Source: Minisyncoccia bacterium
Lineage (GTDB): Bacteria > Patescibacteriota > Minisyncoccia > Phycocordibacterales > Phycocordibacteraceae
Length of the DNA stretch: 64,000 nucleotides
Assembly: GCA_041485695.1 (NCBI GenBank)
Contig: JBGPJZ010000001.1
Location: 129,316 to 193,315, forward strand
Direction of reading: 5' to 3'
Position numbers and translations under genes: made by a program
The notes under the pieces: generated by a model
Databases searched by the model: none
What the model was told of the DNA's origin: nothing
Seen by the model: only the letters and a program-made list of their open reading frames with translations
Part shown: positions 1-9,900 of the stretch, piece by piece
Layout of the letters: each line of letters begins with the position of its first letter
Numbering within the stretch: position 1 is the stretch's first letter

Positions 1-985
1 GCGCGTAGAGGATACCTTCGCCCGATGCGGTCTCTATGAATTGGCTTGCAAAGGTAATGGTTTTTGCTTCAGTATCCCGGATTAGAGGTTCGGGCGAGAC
101 CCAATCAATAACTCCCTTCCCGTAGTCGTAGATGAAAAGGCCAACTGAGAATGTGCGATAGCGGATATTCGCGCCCTCCATCACGCTTGCCTCGCGGCCG
201 TTCATTATGCCGAGCCGTTTATCTTTACCGATATCGATGAAGGAGGGTGGCAATAATGGGCCAGGGGATGCGTGTTCAGCAATCCAAGAAATCTTGTGGT
301 CAGCAGGGTGGAAGACGATATCGCCAAGCTCCCACGGCTGAGCCATATCTCTTACGATTGCCGTCCGCACAACAGAAAAGGACGTCTCGCCGGCATACCG
401 GCTGGTCTCGTAGAAGTCATCTTTGCGTCGATCGCCTGACTCGACGAGATTCAGCCGCACGCCGTCCCGATTTACGGGTGCGAGAGAAGCTTCTTTCGCT
501 TTATGACTCACATATTCGTGCTTACTAGCGGTAATCGCAGGTTCAGTCATCGTAAGAGAATCAAGGCCGGTACCTTGAGCGTGTCCAAGCGAGATGAGCG
601 AGTGAGCCTTAGAGCGGTCCTTACTGATGAGCGCAATTGTGAAGTAGAGGTGCGTCAAACCGGTTTTTTCGTCTATCCAGATATCGGGGTCTTCAAGCCC
701 GATGTAATCCCACAGTTCGCCCCCGAGCTTCTCTATCAGTCCACTTTCACCGTCGATCTTCAGTGGCTCGGTAATCCTGAACTTCTCGAGCGTATCACCT
801 GTGACTTTGTAGAGAACGCTCCGGTCGACATTCCCACGGATGCCTATCTCACCGTTGCGGCTCATGATACAGCGCAGCACGCCCTCGCGATTCTGTTTCG
901 CAGGGTTGAGAGTGAGCGCCATCATGTACGCGAATTTCTCGCTTGCCTCGATTACTTTGCCGGCGTGTTGAGTATAAGGACTCAT
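1..985 (-). CDS. GH130-like / five-bladed beta-propeller glycosidase-like protein, 3' end runs off the window (missing from ORF track)
   Basis: Manual translation from ATG at 985 (MSPYTQHAGKVIEASEKFAY...) stays open to position 1. Contains GLEDPDI, matching GCEDPR of the adjacent GH130 gene, and ASPGP. Starts 3 nt after the upstream stop. Confidence 0.7.
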   Translation of the reverse strand, partial: MSPYTQHAGKVIEASEKFAYMMALTLNPAKQNREGVLRCIMSRNGEIGIRGNVDRSVLYKVTGDTLEKFRITEPLKIDGESGLIEKLGGELWDYIGLEDPDIWIDEKTGLTHLYFTIALISKDRSKAHSLISLGHAQGTGLDSLTMTEPAITASKHEYVSHKAKEASLAPVNRDGVRLNLVESGDRRKDDFYETSRYAGETSFSVVRTAIVRDMAQPWELGDIVFHPADHKISWIAEHASPGPLLPPSFIDIGKDKRLGIMNGREASVMEGANIRYRTFSVGLFIYDYGKGVIDWVSPEPLIRDTEAKTITFASQFIETASGEGILYA

Positions 986-988
986 GCG

Positions 989-2143
989 TTACGGAGCGAC
1001 GAGCGGTTCGGGCTCGAGGTCGGCATCTTTGCCCTTGAGGAGGGAGTCGACGAGTCTCTCGAGGTGGGCGGTCGCGACGCAGATGACCTTATCAGCGCCC
1101 CCGTAGTAGAGGTAGAGGTGGTCGCCTTGGATAGTCGCGCCGCAGGCGTAGACGATGCCTGGCTTGCCGGTATTTTCATAGTGAAAATCAGGCTCAAGCA
1201 CGGGCGCGTGCGCCCGTGCGATGATTTTTGTCGGGTCATCAAGGTCAAGCAGCATCGCACCCACCTTATACTTTTGCCATTCTTTGGCGTCGTTCGCTTG
1301 GTAAAATACGAGCCAGCCGCGGCTCGTCTTCAAGGGCGGGGGGCCGGCGCTCCGCACATGGACGTGCCACGCGATAGGTTTGTCGGGCACCTTCTGCGGG
1401 TCGGGACTCACGAATTGCCGCTCGCGCATAGTGCTCAAGTCATCGACGTACTCGATGCGCACCCGATCGTCGGTGTCGCCGATGATGCTGTGGAGAACGG
1501 CAAATTTTCCCCGCATCTTTTCGGGGAATAAGACCCAGTTCTTATCGCGGCCGCTGTGCGAGAGGACGTACGGCCCTTCCCATTTATAAAAACGCTTGGC
1601 GAGGAAGTCTTCTTCAGATATCGAGATGACCGCGACCCTAAGCGCCCAATTCTCGAACATATTAAATGTCACGTAGACTCTCCCTTCGATGAGAACCATG
1701 CGCGGGTCCTCGCACCCGCCCCAGCTACCGCCCGAGCCATACATCACGGGGCTGTAGCGGCGCAAGTGGTTCGGCAGGGAGGAGGAAGTGACCGCTACGT
1801 AGACCGGGTAGGGCAAGCGTTCGTCAAAAGCGATACCGTCTGGCGAGGAAGCATACCCGAGCCGCGAAACACCGTCGTGGCCGATAGCACGGTAGATAAG
1901 ATGCGTGCGGCCGGCCACGATGGCCGCCGCAGGGTTGAAGACCGCCTCAGTCTGCCACAGATGCTTGTCCGGCCTGATAATGGGGTTACCGAGAGAGCGT
2001 GCGAGCTTAACGCCCGTAACGCGGCGGACTACCTCGACGACGGTTCGTCGAAATGGCCGTGAAAAAGCGGCGCCAAGGATGCAACCGACAACGAAGAGTG
2101 AAAGGAGGAGGGCGAGCCAGTTAACGATGAACAAGAAAGTCAT
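989..2143 (-). CDS. GH130 family glycosidase/mannoside phosphorylase with N-terminal TM anchor
   Basis: Motifs NPII, AVFNPAA, GCEDPR, KNWVLF, GPPP, LYYGGAD. Confidence 0.85.
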   Translation of the reverse strand: MTFLFIVNWLALLLSLFVVGCILGAAFSRPFRRTVVEVVRRVTGVKLARSLGNPIIRPDKHLWQTEAVFNPAAAIVAGRTHLIYRAIGHDGVSRLGYASSPDGIAFDERLPYPVYVAVTSSSLPNHLRRYSPVMYGSGGSWGGCEDPRMVLIEGRVYVTFNMFENWALRVAVISISEEDFLAKRFYKWEGPYVLSHSGRDKNWVLFPEKMRGKFAVLHSIIGDTDDRVRIEYVDDLSTMRERQFVSPDPQKVPDKPIAWHVHVRSAGPPPLKTSRGWLVFYQANDAKEWQKYKVGAMLLDLDDPTKIIARAHAPVLEPDFHYENTGKPGIVYACGATIQGDHLYLYYGGADKVICVATAHLERLVDSLLKGKDADLEPEPLVAP

Positions 2144-2155
2144 GAATCAGCAGAT

Positions 2156-2533
2156 TCACCCTGAGCTTTGCGAAGTGGGTGCCGCACGGCCAAAGTCGTC
2201 TTCAACCCGTACGATGTCGTTCTCGTCAAAATCGCCCACGGCAATTTCGAGCACCCAGATGCCCTCGGGCCCGGAGGTCAAGCGATGGAGGGTCCCGGCC
2301 GGTATTTCGAATTCGCTCCCCGCCTTCGCCTCCTTCTCTTCATCGCCGACTTGCGCAGAGCCGCTCCCGGTGAGGACATGCCAGAATTCATTACGCTTCG
2401 CGTGCTTTTGCAGAGAAAGGCGCTGGCCCGGCTTGACGTAGACCATCTTCACCGTTGACGCCTCGTTCAGCGTGAAGCGAAGGAACGAACCCCACGGTCT
2501 GTCCTCATGGTCGCGATGAGTAAGGAGCGCCAT
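2156..2533 (-). CDS. Mannose-6-phosphate isomerase type II C-terminal cupin domain protein
   Basis: RPWG, LSLQKHxxRxEFW, HRL, EDDFGR. Confidence 0.9.
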   Translation of the reverse strand: MALLTHRDHEDRPWGSFLRFTLNEASTVKMVYVKPGQRLSLQKHAKRNEFWHVLTGSGSAQVGDEEKEAKAGSEFEIPAGTLHRLTSGPEGIWVLEIAVGDFDENDIVRVEDDFGRAAPTSQSSG

Positions 2534-2550
2534 TACTCATAAGATAACAT

Positions 2551-3321
2551 CTACCGGATAAAAAAGAAGAAGAAGACCACAGCCAAGAGGATGCGGTAGA
2601 TGCCGAAGTTCGTGAGCGCACGATTTTCATTAATATAGCGGAGTAAGAAGCGCATTGCGAATATCGCGATGATGAAAGCCGTGATAAAGCCGATGGCGAG
2701 AAGCCCGAACTCCGTGCCCGTTATCTGCGAACTCGTTTTAAGGAGGTCGTAGCCCGATGCTGCGAGCAAGGTCGGCACCGCAAGCAAGAACGAGAATTTG
2801 ACGATGGTCTGTCGTGGCACCCCGAGGTAGAGGCCGCCGAGAATCGTAGCAGCGCTCCGCGAGATGCCCGGGACAAGGGCGAGCGCCTGCATAAGGCCGA
2901 TGAGAGCCGCCTGAAAGTAGGAAATGTCATCAACTGGCTCCTCGGGAGCCGGTGCGAAATCGAGCACCTCGAAAAGGATAAGGAAGAGACCGCCTAGGAA
3001 AAGCGCAACGAGTACCACCCAGACGTTGCCGATGAGGTAAGCCTTCACGAAGTGGTAGAGCGTAAGCCCGATGATGCCGGTGGGGATAAAGGCCACGGCA
3101 AGCTTTTTCAACAATACCCAGTCGAAGAAGGAGCGAAAGTAAAGCGCAACCACAGCCGAGATGGAGCCCAATTGGATGACGATCTCGAATGTCTTTATGA
3201 AGTCAGTCTGCGTGATGTTAAGCAAGGAGCTCGCAAGGATAAGGTGCCCGGTCGAAGAGATGGGCAAGAATTCGGTCGCGCCCTCGACGATGCCGAGGAT
3301 AATCGCGTCAAACGGGGTCAT
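2551..3321 (-). CDS. uppP: Undecaprenyl-diphosphatase
   Basis: GIVEGATEFLPISSTGH and PGISRS motifs. Start moved to MTPFD, which follows a TGnTACGCT -10 box. Confidence 0.95.
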   Translation of the reverse strand: MTPFDAIILGIVEGATEFLPISSTGHLILASSLLNITQTDFIKTFEIVIQLGSISAVVALYFRSFFDWVLLKKLAVAFIPTGIIGLTLYHFVKAYLIGNVWVVLVALFLGGLFLILFEVLDFAPAPEEPVDDISYFQAALIGLMQALALVPGISRSAATILGGLYLGVPRQTIVKFSFLLAVPTLLAASGYDLLKTSSQITGTEFGLLAIGFITAFIIAIFAMRFLLRYINENRALTNFGIYRILLAVVFFFFFIR

Positions 3322-3354
3322 GCGGACAGCGTAGCACAAGCCGATTAGACCTAT

Positions 3355-3440
3355 TGACAAAGAAATGTCAATGTGTTAGTATGTGAATTAACGAGGTATT
3401 TACTGGCTGTTTTAAAGAGCTGGTAGATGCCCGTTTTCAT
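3355..3440 (+). promoter_or_regulatory. sigma70-type promoter (TTGACA) and 5' UTR hairpin of the 3D-domain gene
   Basis: TTGACA at 3354-3359 with a TAGTAT-like -10. GGTATTTACTGGCT pairs with AGCTGGTAGATGCC using G-U pairs. Confidence 0.5.
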
Positions 3441-3442
3441 TA

Positions 3443-3988
3443 ATGTCTACATTCATATTAGGCGGCCTCATGGCTTTTTTCATCTTGACCGGCTCGGCCG
3501 GCCACGCCTCTGCACCCGAATTCCCGACCTACACCACGTCGGTGACGGGCTATAACGCCGTAGCCGCCCAGACTGACGGCGATCCTTCGACGACTGCGAG
3601 CGGCGCTCTCTCCAACACGGCTGTCGTCGCTGCGCGTTCGCGCGACCTCGCCGATGAGCTCCCCTTCGGTACGGTCATCGCAATCGAGCCCTCGACCGAG
3701 CGCTCCGATACCTGCGGCCTCGATTTTGTCGGCCCCAAGGTCGGCTACCGCGTCATCGCCGACACCATGAATGCCCGTATCACGAACACGGTTGACGTGC
3801 TTTTCGCCACCGATAACACGTTCACGGTGGGTGGCAAAGCGGTCAACGCCGCTCGCGCCTTGGGCTCCTGTAAAGACGTGACGATTCGCGTCGTGGGCCA
3901 CATCGACATCTCGAAGCCCTCGAACCTCCCGAAATCGCAGACGGCGCTCGCCGCCATGGTCGGCGCCTCGGGCCTTGCAGTTAAATAA
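3443..3988 (+). CDS. 3D-domain (lytic transglycosylase-like) secreted protein
   Basis: Signal peptide, TGYN..QTDGDP.TTASG, LPFGT, DTMN.R....D. Confidence 0.8.
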   Translation: MSTFILGGLMAFFILTGSAGHASAPEFPTYTTSVTGYNAVAAQTDGDPSTTASGALSNTAVVAARSRDLADELPFGTVIAIEPSTERSDTCGLDFVGPKVGYRVIADTMNARITNTVDVLFATDNTFTVGGKAVNAARALGSCKDVTIRVVGHIDISKPSNLPKSQTALAAMVGASGLAVK

Positions 3989-3994
3989 TCTTTG

Positions 3995-4035
3995 AAAACA
4001 AACCGCCCCGGCTCTACGCCGGGGCGGTTTGTTTT
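3995..4035 (+). terminator. Intrinsic (bidirectional) terminator
   Basis: AAAACAAACCGCCCCGGC-loop-GCCGGGGCGGTTTGTTTT. Confidence 0.85.
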
Positions 4036-4057
4036 ATGCTATCGTGCATGAACTCCT

Positions 4058-5188
4058 ATGAAAGTCGCGCTCTTTACGGACACATTCGTCCCCCAAGTAA
4101 ATGGGGTTGCAAATGCCGTAGAGCAAACGGCCATCTCACTTTCACAGTTCGGCCATACAGTGCGTGTTTACGCTGTCTCAAAGGATGCTCAAGCGTTGAA
4201 CAAACGTGCGCAAGGGCACTATAGTGTTTTTACTTTCCCTTCAATCCCCGCCATGGTCTACCGTGGCCTGCGTGCGACTCTCCCGCTAGGGATGGCTCTG
4301 CGTGATGTACGGACCTTTGCTCCTGACATTATTCATACGCATACGCCCTTTGGTGCCGGCTGGGAGGCTGTCCGCGCTGCACGCAAACTCGGTATACCGC
4401 TCGTAGGTACGCACCATACTTTTTTTGACCACTACTTGAAGCACGTCGGCCTTGATTTTAGTTTGATGCGTAAGGCAACGTGGAGACTTACGGTCGGATA
4501 CTATAACCGTACCCTTGCAGTCATAAGCCCGACCCGCTCACTTATGGAGGAGATGGTCAAGCACGGTCTTGCTACACCGACCTACCTTATCCCAAACACC
4601 GTTGATACTGCCTGGTTCAACCCACCTATCGAAGCGGCAGAAACTCAAAAACCAGTGATTCTCTACCTTGGCCGCTTAAGCTATGAGAAAAGCGTTGACG
4701 ACGTTCTTCGCGCTTTCGCGCTTATCCGCACGCAGGTTCCCGCGACGCTCTTAATCGTGGGTGACGGCCCAGAACGGGCGTCGCTTGAACACCTTGCGAG
4801 CGAGCTCGGCATCAAGGAGGCAGTACGCTTTACTGGGTTCCTCCATGGCGAAGAACTCGTGCGCGCTCTCCAGAGCGCGTTGCTCTTCATGAGCGCAAGC
4901 AAGAGCGAGAATATGCCGCTTTCAGTACTCGAAGCTATGGCGGTTGGACTCCCGATCGTCGTCGTCGATTCGCTTGGTATGAGCGAATTACTGCGCCCAG
5001 GAGAGAACGCGACCTTGACCCTCCCAGGCAAGCCGGGAGAGCTTGCCGAGGCCGCGCTCGCGCTTATCGCTGATGAGCCGCGACGTGTGCGCTACGCGCA
5101 CGCGTCGCGCGAACACGCTCTGTCATTTAGCCCCGAGGCTGTTATCGAACGCCTCCTTGAAGTGTACGAACGTGCGCGCCGCGCTTAG
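4058..5188 (+). CDS. GT4 family glycosyltransferase (1,2-diacylglycerol glucosyltransferase-like)
   Basis: FTDTFxPQVNGV, HTHTPF, GRLSYEK, ENMPLSVLEAMA. Confidence 0.9.
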   Translation: MKVALFTDTFVPQVNGVANAVEQTAISLSQFGHTVRVYAVSKDAQALNKRAQGHYSVFTFPSIPAMVYRGLRATLPLGMALRDVRTFAPDIIHTHTPFGAGWEAVRAARKLGIPLVGTHHTFFDHYLKHVGLDFSLMRKATWRLTVGYYNRTLAVISPTRSLMEEMVKHGLATPTYLIPNTVDTAWFNPPIEAAETQKPVILYLGRLSYEKSVDDVLRAFALIRTQVPATLLIVGDGPERASLEHLASELGIKEAVRFTGFLHGEELVRALQSALLFMSASKSENMPLSVLEAMAVGLPIVVVDSLGMSELLRPGENATLTLPGKPGELAEAALALIADEPRRVRYAHASREHALSFSPEAVIERLLEVYERARRA

Positions 5189-5916
5189 CGGATTACCTTC
5201 CACTCCTTGCTCATCGAGCGGCCGCGTAGCTTGACCGAGATCCCATTGCCGATCCATGTAGCGAGCAAGCGCGGCCAGCCTATCGCGTGGGCGCGCCGTC
5301 CGGTCTGGAGGACGGCGAGAGAGGCCTCGAAACGCGTCCTGCCTACTCGCGAGAGGCGGATGAACATGTCCATATCTTCAGACGCCACGATGCGTTCGTC
5401 ATATCCCCCGAGCTTTTCAAACACCGGTGCAGGTATCATCTGGAATTCTCCCGGGGCATTGGGGCTTCGGAACACGTTATTCGTGACTCGGTTGTACGTA
5501 TTGAATAAAGCCGAGAAAAACCAATCAGCAAAGGTCCGGTACTCAGGGAGCACGTTCAAGGTTACGATAAGGCCGACGAGCCGCGGATTTTCCGTAAAGC
5601 GCGCTACAGCCCGTGTGAAGAAAGCGTCTGTCTCTGGGATGAAGATGTCGCCGTCAATGAATACGAGATACATGCCATGCGCTGCTTTTGCGCCAGCATT
5701 CTTGCCGGCGGCGATAGTCCCGCGCACAGGGCTCGCATGCTCGACTACGACGTCAGCGTAACGGCGGGCGATAGCGACGGTTTGGTCGGTGGAGCCGCCG
5801 TCAGAGACAACGATTTCGTGCGGCAAGGTGAGAGCACCTTTCAGAGCCGAGAGCGTACGGTCGAGGATCTTTTCTTCATTTAACGTCGGTATGACGATAG
5901 AGATAAGAGGCTTCAT
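5185..5916 (-). CDS. GT2 family glycosyltransferase
   Basis: SIVIPTLNEE, DGGSTD, DxD, EDMD. Confidence 0.9.
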   Translation of the reverse strand: MKPLISIVIPTLNEEKILDRTLSALKGALTLPHEIVVSDGGSTDQTVAIARRYADVVVEHASPVRGTIAAGKNAGAKAAHGMYLVFIDGDIFIPETDAFFTRAVARFTENPRLVGLIVTLNVLPEYRTFADWFFSALFNTYNRVTNNVFRSPNAPGEFQMIPAPVFEKLGGYDERIVASEDMDMFIRLSRVGRTRFEASLAVLQTGRRAHAIGWPRLLATWIGNGISVKLRGRSMSKEWKVIR

Positions 5917-6497
5917 AAAGAGGAGAAGCGCTTCCGCAGATAGCGATTTACACCGCGGAGCGCGAAGAAAGCGCTGATGAGTAGCGCCACAAGGAGGACA
6001 TCACGAAGACCTGTGTTTATCGCAAGGTACGCATTGCCGAAGAAGTAGCCGACGGCCATAAGGAGCCCCGTCCAGATAAAACCGCCAAGAATATTGATGA
6101 GCGCATATTTGCGAAAGGGGGTATGTGCAGCGCCTGCTGCCATCAGGGTCGCGAGCGCGAAGCCGAAGCCCATGGTGATTTTCGAGATAAAGAGAATCTT
6201 TATGCTGTACTTGCGAAACAACCTCTCGAACCGATCGATGTCAGCGAGGCTTACTGATAAGAAGTAGCCGAACCGCTCGAGAAGGGAGCGGGCGCCATAG
6301 CGGCCGATACCGTACCAAAGGATGTCCCCGACAAAGTCCCCCGCCATAAGGAGAAAGTAGGTGGGGATAAGTTCGAGGCCGCCCAGCCGTACGATAAAGC
6401 CGCAAAAGAGCATGACCACAGGCCCTTCGATAATGGTGAGGGGGAGGAGTACCCAGTAGCGGTACGCGAGTATCCACATGAGGGACGCTTCGAGCAT
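5913..6497 (-). CDS. DedA family membrane protein
   Basis: EGP, GDILWYGIGRYG, GYFFG, hydrophobic profile. Confidence 0.85.
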   Translation of the reverse strand: MLEASLMWILAYRYWVLLPLTIIEGPVVMLFCGFIVRLGGLELIPTYFLLMAGDFVGDILWYGIGRYGARSLLERFGYFLSVSLADIDRFERLFRKYSIKILFISKITMGFGFALATLMAAGAAHTPFRKYALINILGGFIWTGLLMAVGYFFGNAYLAINTGLRDVLLVALLISAFFALRGVNRYLRKRFSSL

Positions 6498-6574
6498 TAG
6501 GGCAAAGTATACTATGAGGTACGGCCGGTCGAGCCGGTATTCATCTCTAACGTCTCATCTACTTTCTCTCAACT

Positions 6575-6841
6575 ATGAAAGGAATGCACATGGTCGCCTT
6601 CGCCCTTACGATTATCGGCGGCTTGAACTGGGGTCTCGTCGGCCTCGGATGGCTCGTAGGCGGCGGCGCGAACTGGAATGTCGTGAGCGGGATCGCAAGC
6701 TACATCGGCGGCATGCCGGTCGAGGGCATTATCTATATCCTCGTCGGCCTCTCTGCGCTTTGGCTCGCTATCATGCACAAGAAGGACTGCAAGTGGTGCT
6801 CTGGAGCGATGGGCGGTTCAGGCGCGAGCCCGATGATGTAA
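6575..6841 (+). CDS. DUF378 family small membrane protein
   Basis: LTIIGGLNWGLVG and IYILVGLSA. Confidence 0.85.
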   Translation: MKGMHMVAFALTIIGGLNWGLVGLGWLVGGGANWNVVSGIASYIGGMPVEGIIYILVGLSALWLAIMHKKDCKWCSGAMGGSGASPMM

Positions 6842-6860
6842 TCGGTTCGACGTTTTTTGT

Positions 6861-6896
6861 GAAGCGAAGCGCCCCCCTCGGGGGCGCTTCGCGCTT
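6861..6896. terminator. GC-rich hairpin, probable terminator
   Basis: GCGAAGCGCCCCC-loop-GGGGGCGCTTCGC. Confidence 0.6.
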
Positions 6897-6937
6897 GCCC
6901 GTGCGATAACCCGCGGGCGCCCAGGTATACTGGCCGT

Positions 6938-7600
6938 ATGCGCGAGACCTTCGGGCTTACGAAACGGGAGCTTTTCGTATTGAAGCGCCTCACGACCCCT
7001 ATCAAGATTCAGGACTTTCTCGACTCATTGCCGTTCAATTTCGAGGAGAAAGGCGAGACGCACATGTCGCCCCGGCGCGCGCTCCGCGCGCGCCGGGCCA
7101 ACTGCATCGAAGGCGCCCTCCTCGCGGCGCTTGCGCTCGCGCGTAACGGCGAGAAGCCCCTCCTCATGGACTTTCGCGCACGGCCGCACGACGACGACCA
7201 CGTCGTCGCGCTCTACCGGCGCAACGGCTACTGGGGTCTCCTGAGCAAGACCAACCACGCGACCATCCGTTTCCGCGACCCAGTCTATAAGACCTTGCGC
7301 GAACTCGCGCGCTCGTACTTTCACGAGTGGTTCTTGAATACGACGGGGGAGAAGACTTTAGAAAGCTATTCCGATCCGCTCGACCTCTCAAAAGTAAAGA
7401 AAAACTGGATTACAGACGAAGCCGACCTCTGGTGGCTTGATGCAAAGCTGGACGCCCTCCCGCACCATAAACTTGTCCCGAAAGGGAATCGGCGGTACCT
7501 ACGCAAGGCCGACCCGATGGAGCTTAAGGCAGGTCGCTTAACAGAGTGGGCCCCTTCGAAGGGACTCAGGGCGGGCAAGGGCGGCAAACGGGCGAGGTAA
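6938..7600 (+). CDS. Transglutaminase/cysteine-protease-like conserved hypothetical protein
   Basis: NCIEGA (Cys) and DDDHV (His) motifs. Leaderless start after TATACT. Confidence 0.65.
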   Translation: MRETFGLTKRELFVLKRLTTPIKIQDFLDSLPFNFEEKGETHMSPRRALRARRANCIEGALLAALALARNGEKPLLMDFRARPHDDDHVVALYRRNGYWGLLSKTNHATIRFRDPVYKTLRELARSYFHEWFLNTTGEKTLESYSDPLDLSKVKKNWITDEADLWWLDAKLDALPHHKLVPKGNRRYLRKADPMELKAGRLTEWAPSKGLRAGKGGKRAR

Positions 7601-7627
7601 GAGGTGCGTGATACATTATAGATACGC

Positions 7628-8164
7628 ATGTATCAGTTGCCTCTATCGGTCACCATCGCCATTGCGGTGCTTACCATTTTTCTATCTCTCACGGTAGGAC
7701 TCAAGTACGCGATTCATAGTAACTTTGTCCGAACACGTCTCACCATGACGCTTTTCTTCGTCTTCATCGTGTTTACCCTGACCATCTCGTTCTGGAATCA
7801 CGCGCTTGCGACGTTGCCCTATACGATTCCCTCGGGAGTCGTCGGCGTGGTCATAGGCTACGTGCTTGGCGTGCAGACTGAAAGGCGAAAGCTCTCGATG
7901 CAAGGCATGGCGCATTACATGGAACACTTCGCGCATATACATATTCATGACATTCGCTCCCTTACCTGGTGGAGTTTTATCAACTTCTACTCTGTAATGG
8001 GTGCGCTCTTGCTTATTAATCTCGTCGGCCTATCAAACGTCATCTTCGAGGGTACCGAGCTTTGGGCAGTCACAACGAGCGTCTTTGGAGCATTCCTCAT
8101 CGGCACCATCGTCCCGTACCTCTTCCACCTCTGGAGCATCCGCGCGACTTCCCAAGCGGCTTAG
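7628..8164 (+). CDS. Hypothetical multi-pass membrane protein
   Basis: About 5 hydrophobic helices and a His-rich loop HYMEHFAHIHIH. Confidence 0.65.
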   Translation: MYQLPLSVTIAIAVLTIFLSLTVGLKYAIHSNFVRTRLTMTLFFVFIVFTLTISFWNHALATLPYTIPSGVVGVVIGYVLGVQTERRKLSMQGMAHYMEHFAHIHIHDIRSLTWWSFINFYSVMGALLLINLVGLSNVIFEGTELWAVTTSVFGAFLIGTIVPYLFHLWSIRATSQAA

Positions 8165-9027
8165 GAGATAGAGAGTGCGATAGAAAGAGCGAGGATGACA
8201 AGGAGGGAGCAGAGAAAAGTCTGTCTGGCCCATTTTGCATCGTCGTGGGTCCAAAAGGCCGCGAGGGCGTAGCGAAGCCAAATAATCGAAAAAAGGCTCA
8301 CAATAAGTACGTACAGGTGATTTATGGTATGCACGACAGGGAGGGCGAGGCACGCGAGCGCGAAGACGACTATGTACGCGATAATCGCCAGCTTCGTCAC
8401 TCGAAGGCCTTTTACGAGCGGCATCACGGGGATGTGCGCGTTGGCGTATTCGTCTTTGCGGTAGATGGCGATAGAGAAGAAATGCGCCATCTGCCAGCAA
8501 CAGAGGATGAGAAAAAGTACGAGTGCCGTTGCATCAAGAGAATTGGTTACTGCGACGTAACCAACAACGGGCGGCACAGCTCCTGCAAGAGCGCCAAGAT
8601 GGCTCGCGTACATCGTCTTGCGCTTCAAGGGACTATAAACGAGCACGTATACAGCGAATCCAAAAAGTGCAACCTCGAGCGTTAAGAGACTGGTATACAG
8701 GAGAAGTATTTTAACGCCCACGATGCCAAGAAAGGTCCCAAAGATAAGGGCATTTCGCGGCGCTATCTGCCCGGTGGGGAGCGCTCGATTTTTTGTGCGC
8801 TCCATCAGAGCGTCAATGTCGCGGTCGATATAATTGTTAAACACTGCAGCGCTCCCGACGATAAAAGAGAGGCCGATGAGCATCGCTACGAAGATCCACC
8901 AGTTCACAGTGCCTTCGGAGGCAAGGAAGAAGCCCGCGGCAGCGGTGAGCGCGTTGCCGTAGATGATGCCCGGCTTCGTGAGCTGGTAGTAGAGCTTACT
9001 CAAGTTGGTTTTGCGGGGCAGGGACAT
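8161..9027 (-). CDS. cyoE: Protoheme IX farnesyltransferase (heme O synthase)
   Basis: LTKPGI, DRDIDALMERTKNR, GAVPP, WQ..HF. Last gene of the cyo operon. Confidence 0.95.
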   Translation of the reverse strand: MSLPRKTNLSKLYYQLTKPGIIYGNALTAAAGFFLASEGTVNWWIFVAMLIGLSFIVGSAAVFNNYIDRDIDALMERTKNRALPTGQIAPRNALIFGTFLGIVGVKILLLYTSLLTLEVALFGFAVYVLVYSPLKRKTMYASHLGALAGAVPPVVGYVAVTNSLDATALVLFLILCCWQMAHFFSIAIYRKDEYANAHIPVMPLVKGLRVTKLAIIAYIVVFALACLALPVVHTINHLYVLIVSLFSIIWLRYALAAFWTHDDAKWARQTFLCSLLVILALSIALSIS

Positions 9028-9331
9028 CGTTCAAGAATTCTTGCGGCATCGCGTGCTGCGATTGCAAATTGTTCATAATCCAGAGCGTACCGCCGACGAC
9101 GATACCCACGACGATGAGCGCGAATGCAAAGAGGGTGAGATTGCTACTAGGGCTCTTTCCTTGACCGAGGTGTAAGAAAAAGACCAATTGAACAATGAGT
9201 TGGCACAGCGCGAGCACCACAAACGCTACGGAGATAAGGGGATATGCGGGTATGACCCATAGAAGCCCGGCAGCTGCGAGCGTGAGCAGCGCCGAGAGCA
9301 CGTATCCGACGATGTAGTTCAGGGTGGTCAT
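8996..9331 (-). CDS. cyoD: Cytochrome bo3 quinol oxidase subunit IV
   Basis: QLVFFLHL and GTLWIM.NL, operon position. Confidence 0.9.
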   Translation of the reverse strand: MTTLNYIVGYVLSALLTLAAAGLLWVIPAYPLISVAFVVLALCQLIVQLVFFLHLGQGKSPSSNLTLFAFALIVVGIVVGGTLWIMNNLQSQHAMPQEFLNDVPAPQNQLE

Positions 9332-9900
9332 AGCGAGATGAAGCCGAAAAGGTAGACGAACGTGAAGATGAAGATCCAGATGATGTCAAGAAAGTGCCAG
9401 AAGAGAGCCAAGCACATAAGCTTTCGCGTGGTGCCCGGCGTGATGCCTTTGCGAGCGATGTGCGCCATGAGGACGAGCATCCAGAGCGCGCCAAGCGCGA
9501 TATGAGCTCCGTGCGTACCGACCAAGGTAAAGAAGGATGAGAGGAAGGCGCTCCCGCCGGGGCCATGACCCTCAAGAATGAGTTGCCGAAACTCGCTAAG
9601 TTCCATTATGAGGAAGGAGAGGCCTAAGAGGAGTGTGGCCACGAGTGCCGTAAGAGTAAGATTTTTCTTGTGATGACGCGCAGCGAGGAGAGCGAGCCCG
9701 CACGTAAAACTCGAGGTCAAAAGAAGGAGCGTTTCGGTAAGCACGAAGGGGAGAGAAAAAAGGTCTTCAGCCCTTGGCCCGTCAAAGGTCGCGATGTGCA
9801 AGACGGCATACGTAGCGAAGAGGCTGGCGAACAAGACGCAGTCGCTCATCAGGTAGACCCAGAAGCCAAACGTTACTTTTTCTTGAGTGTGTTCGGTCAT
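9328..9900 (-). CDS. cyoC: Cytochrome bo3 quinol oxidase subunit III
   Basis: [28 protein letters not shown]. Confidence 0.95.
   Translation of the reverse strand: MTEHTQEKVTFGFWVYLMSDCVLFASLFATYAVLHIATFDGPRAEDLFSLPFVLTETLLLLTSSFTCGLALLAARHHKKNLTLTALVATLLLGLSFLIMELSEFRQLILEGHGPGGSAFLSSFFTLVGTHGAHIALGALWMLVLMAHIARKGITPGTTRKLMCLALFWHFLDIIWIFIFTFVYLFGFISL

Noticed and set aside
503-1531. 342-aa plus-strand ORF
   Set aside because: Antisense shadow of the two in-frame minus-strand glycosidase genes, with no motifs of its own.
3390-3435. c-di-AMP (ydaO) riboswitch ahead of the 3D-domain gene
   Set aside because: Only a single hairpin, too short and lacking the GCUGAA..GGGG/CCCC elements.
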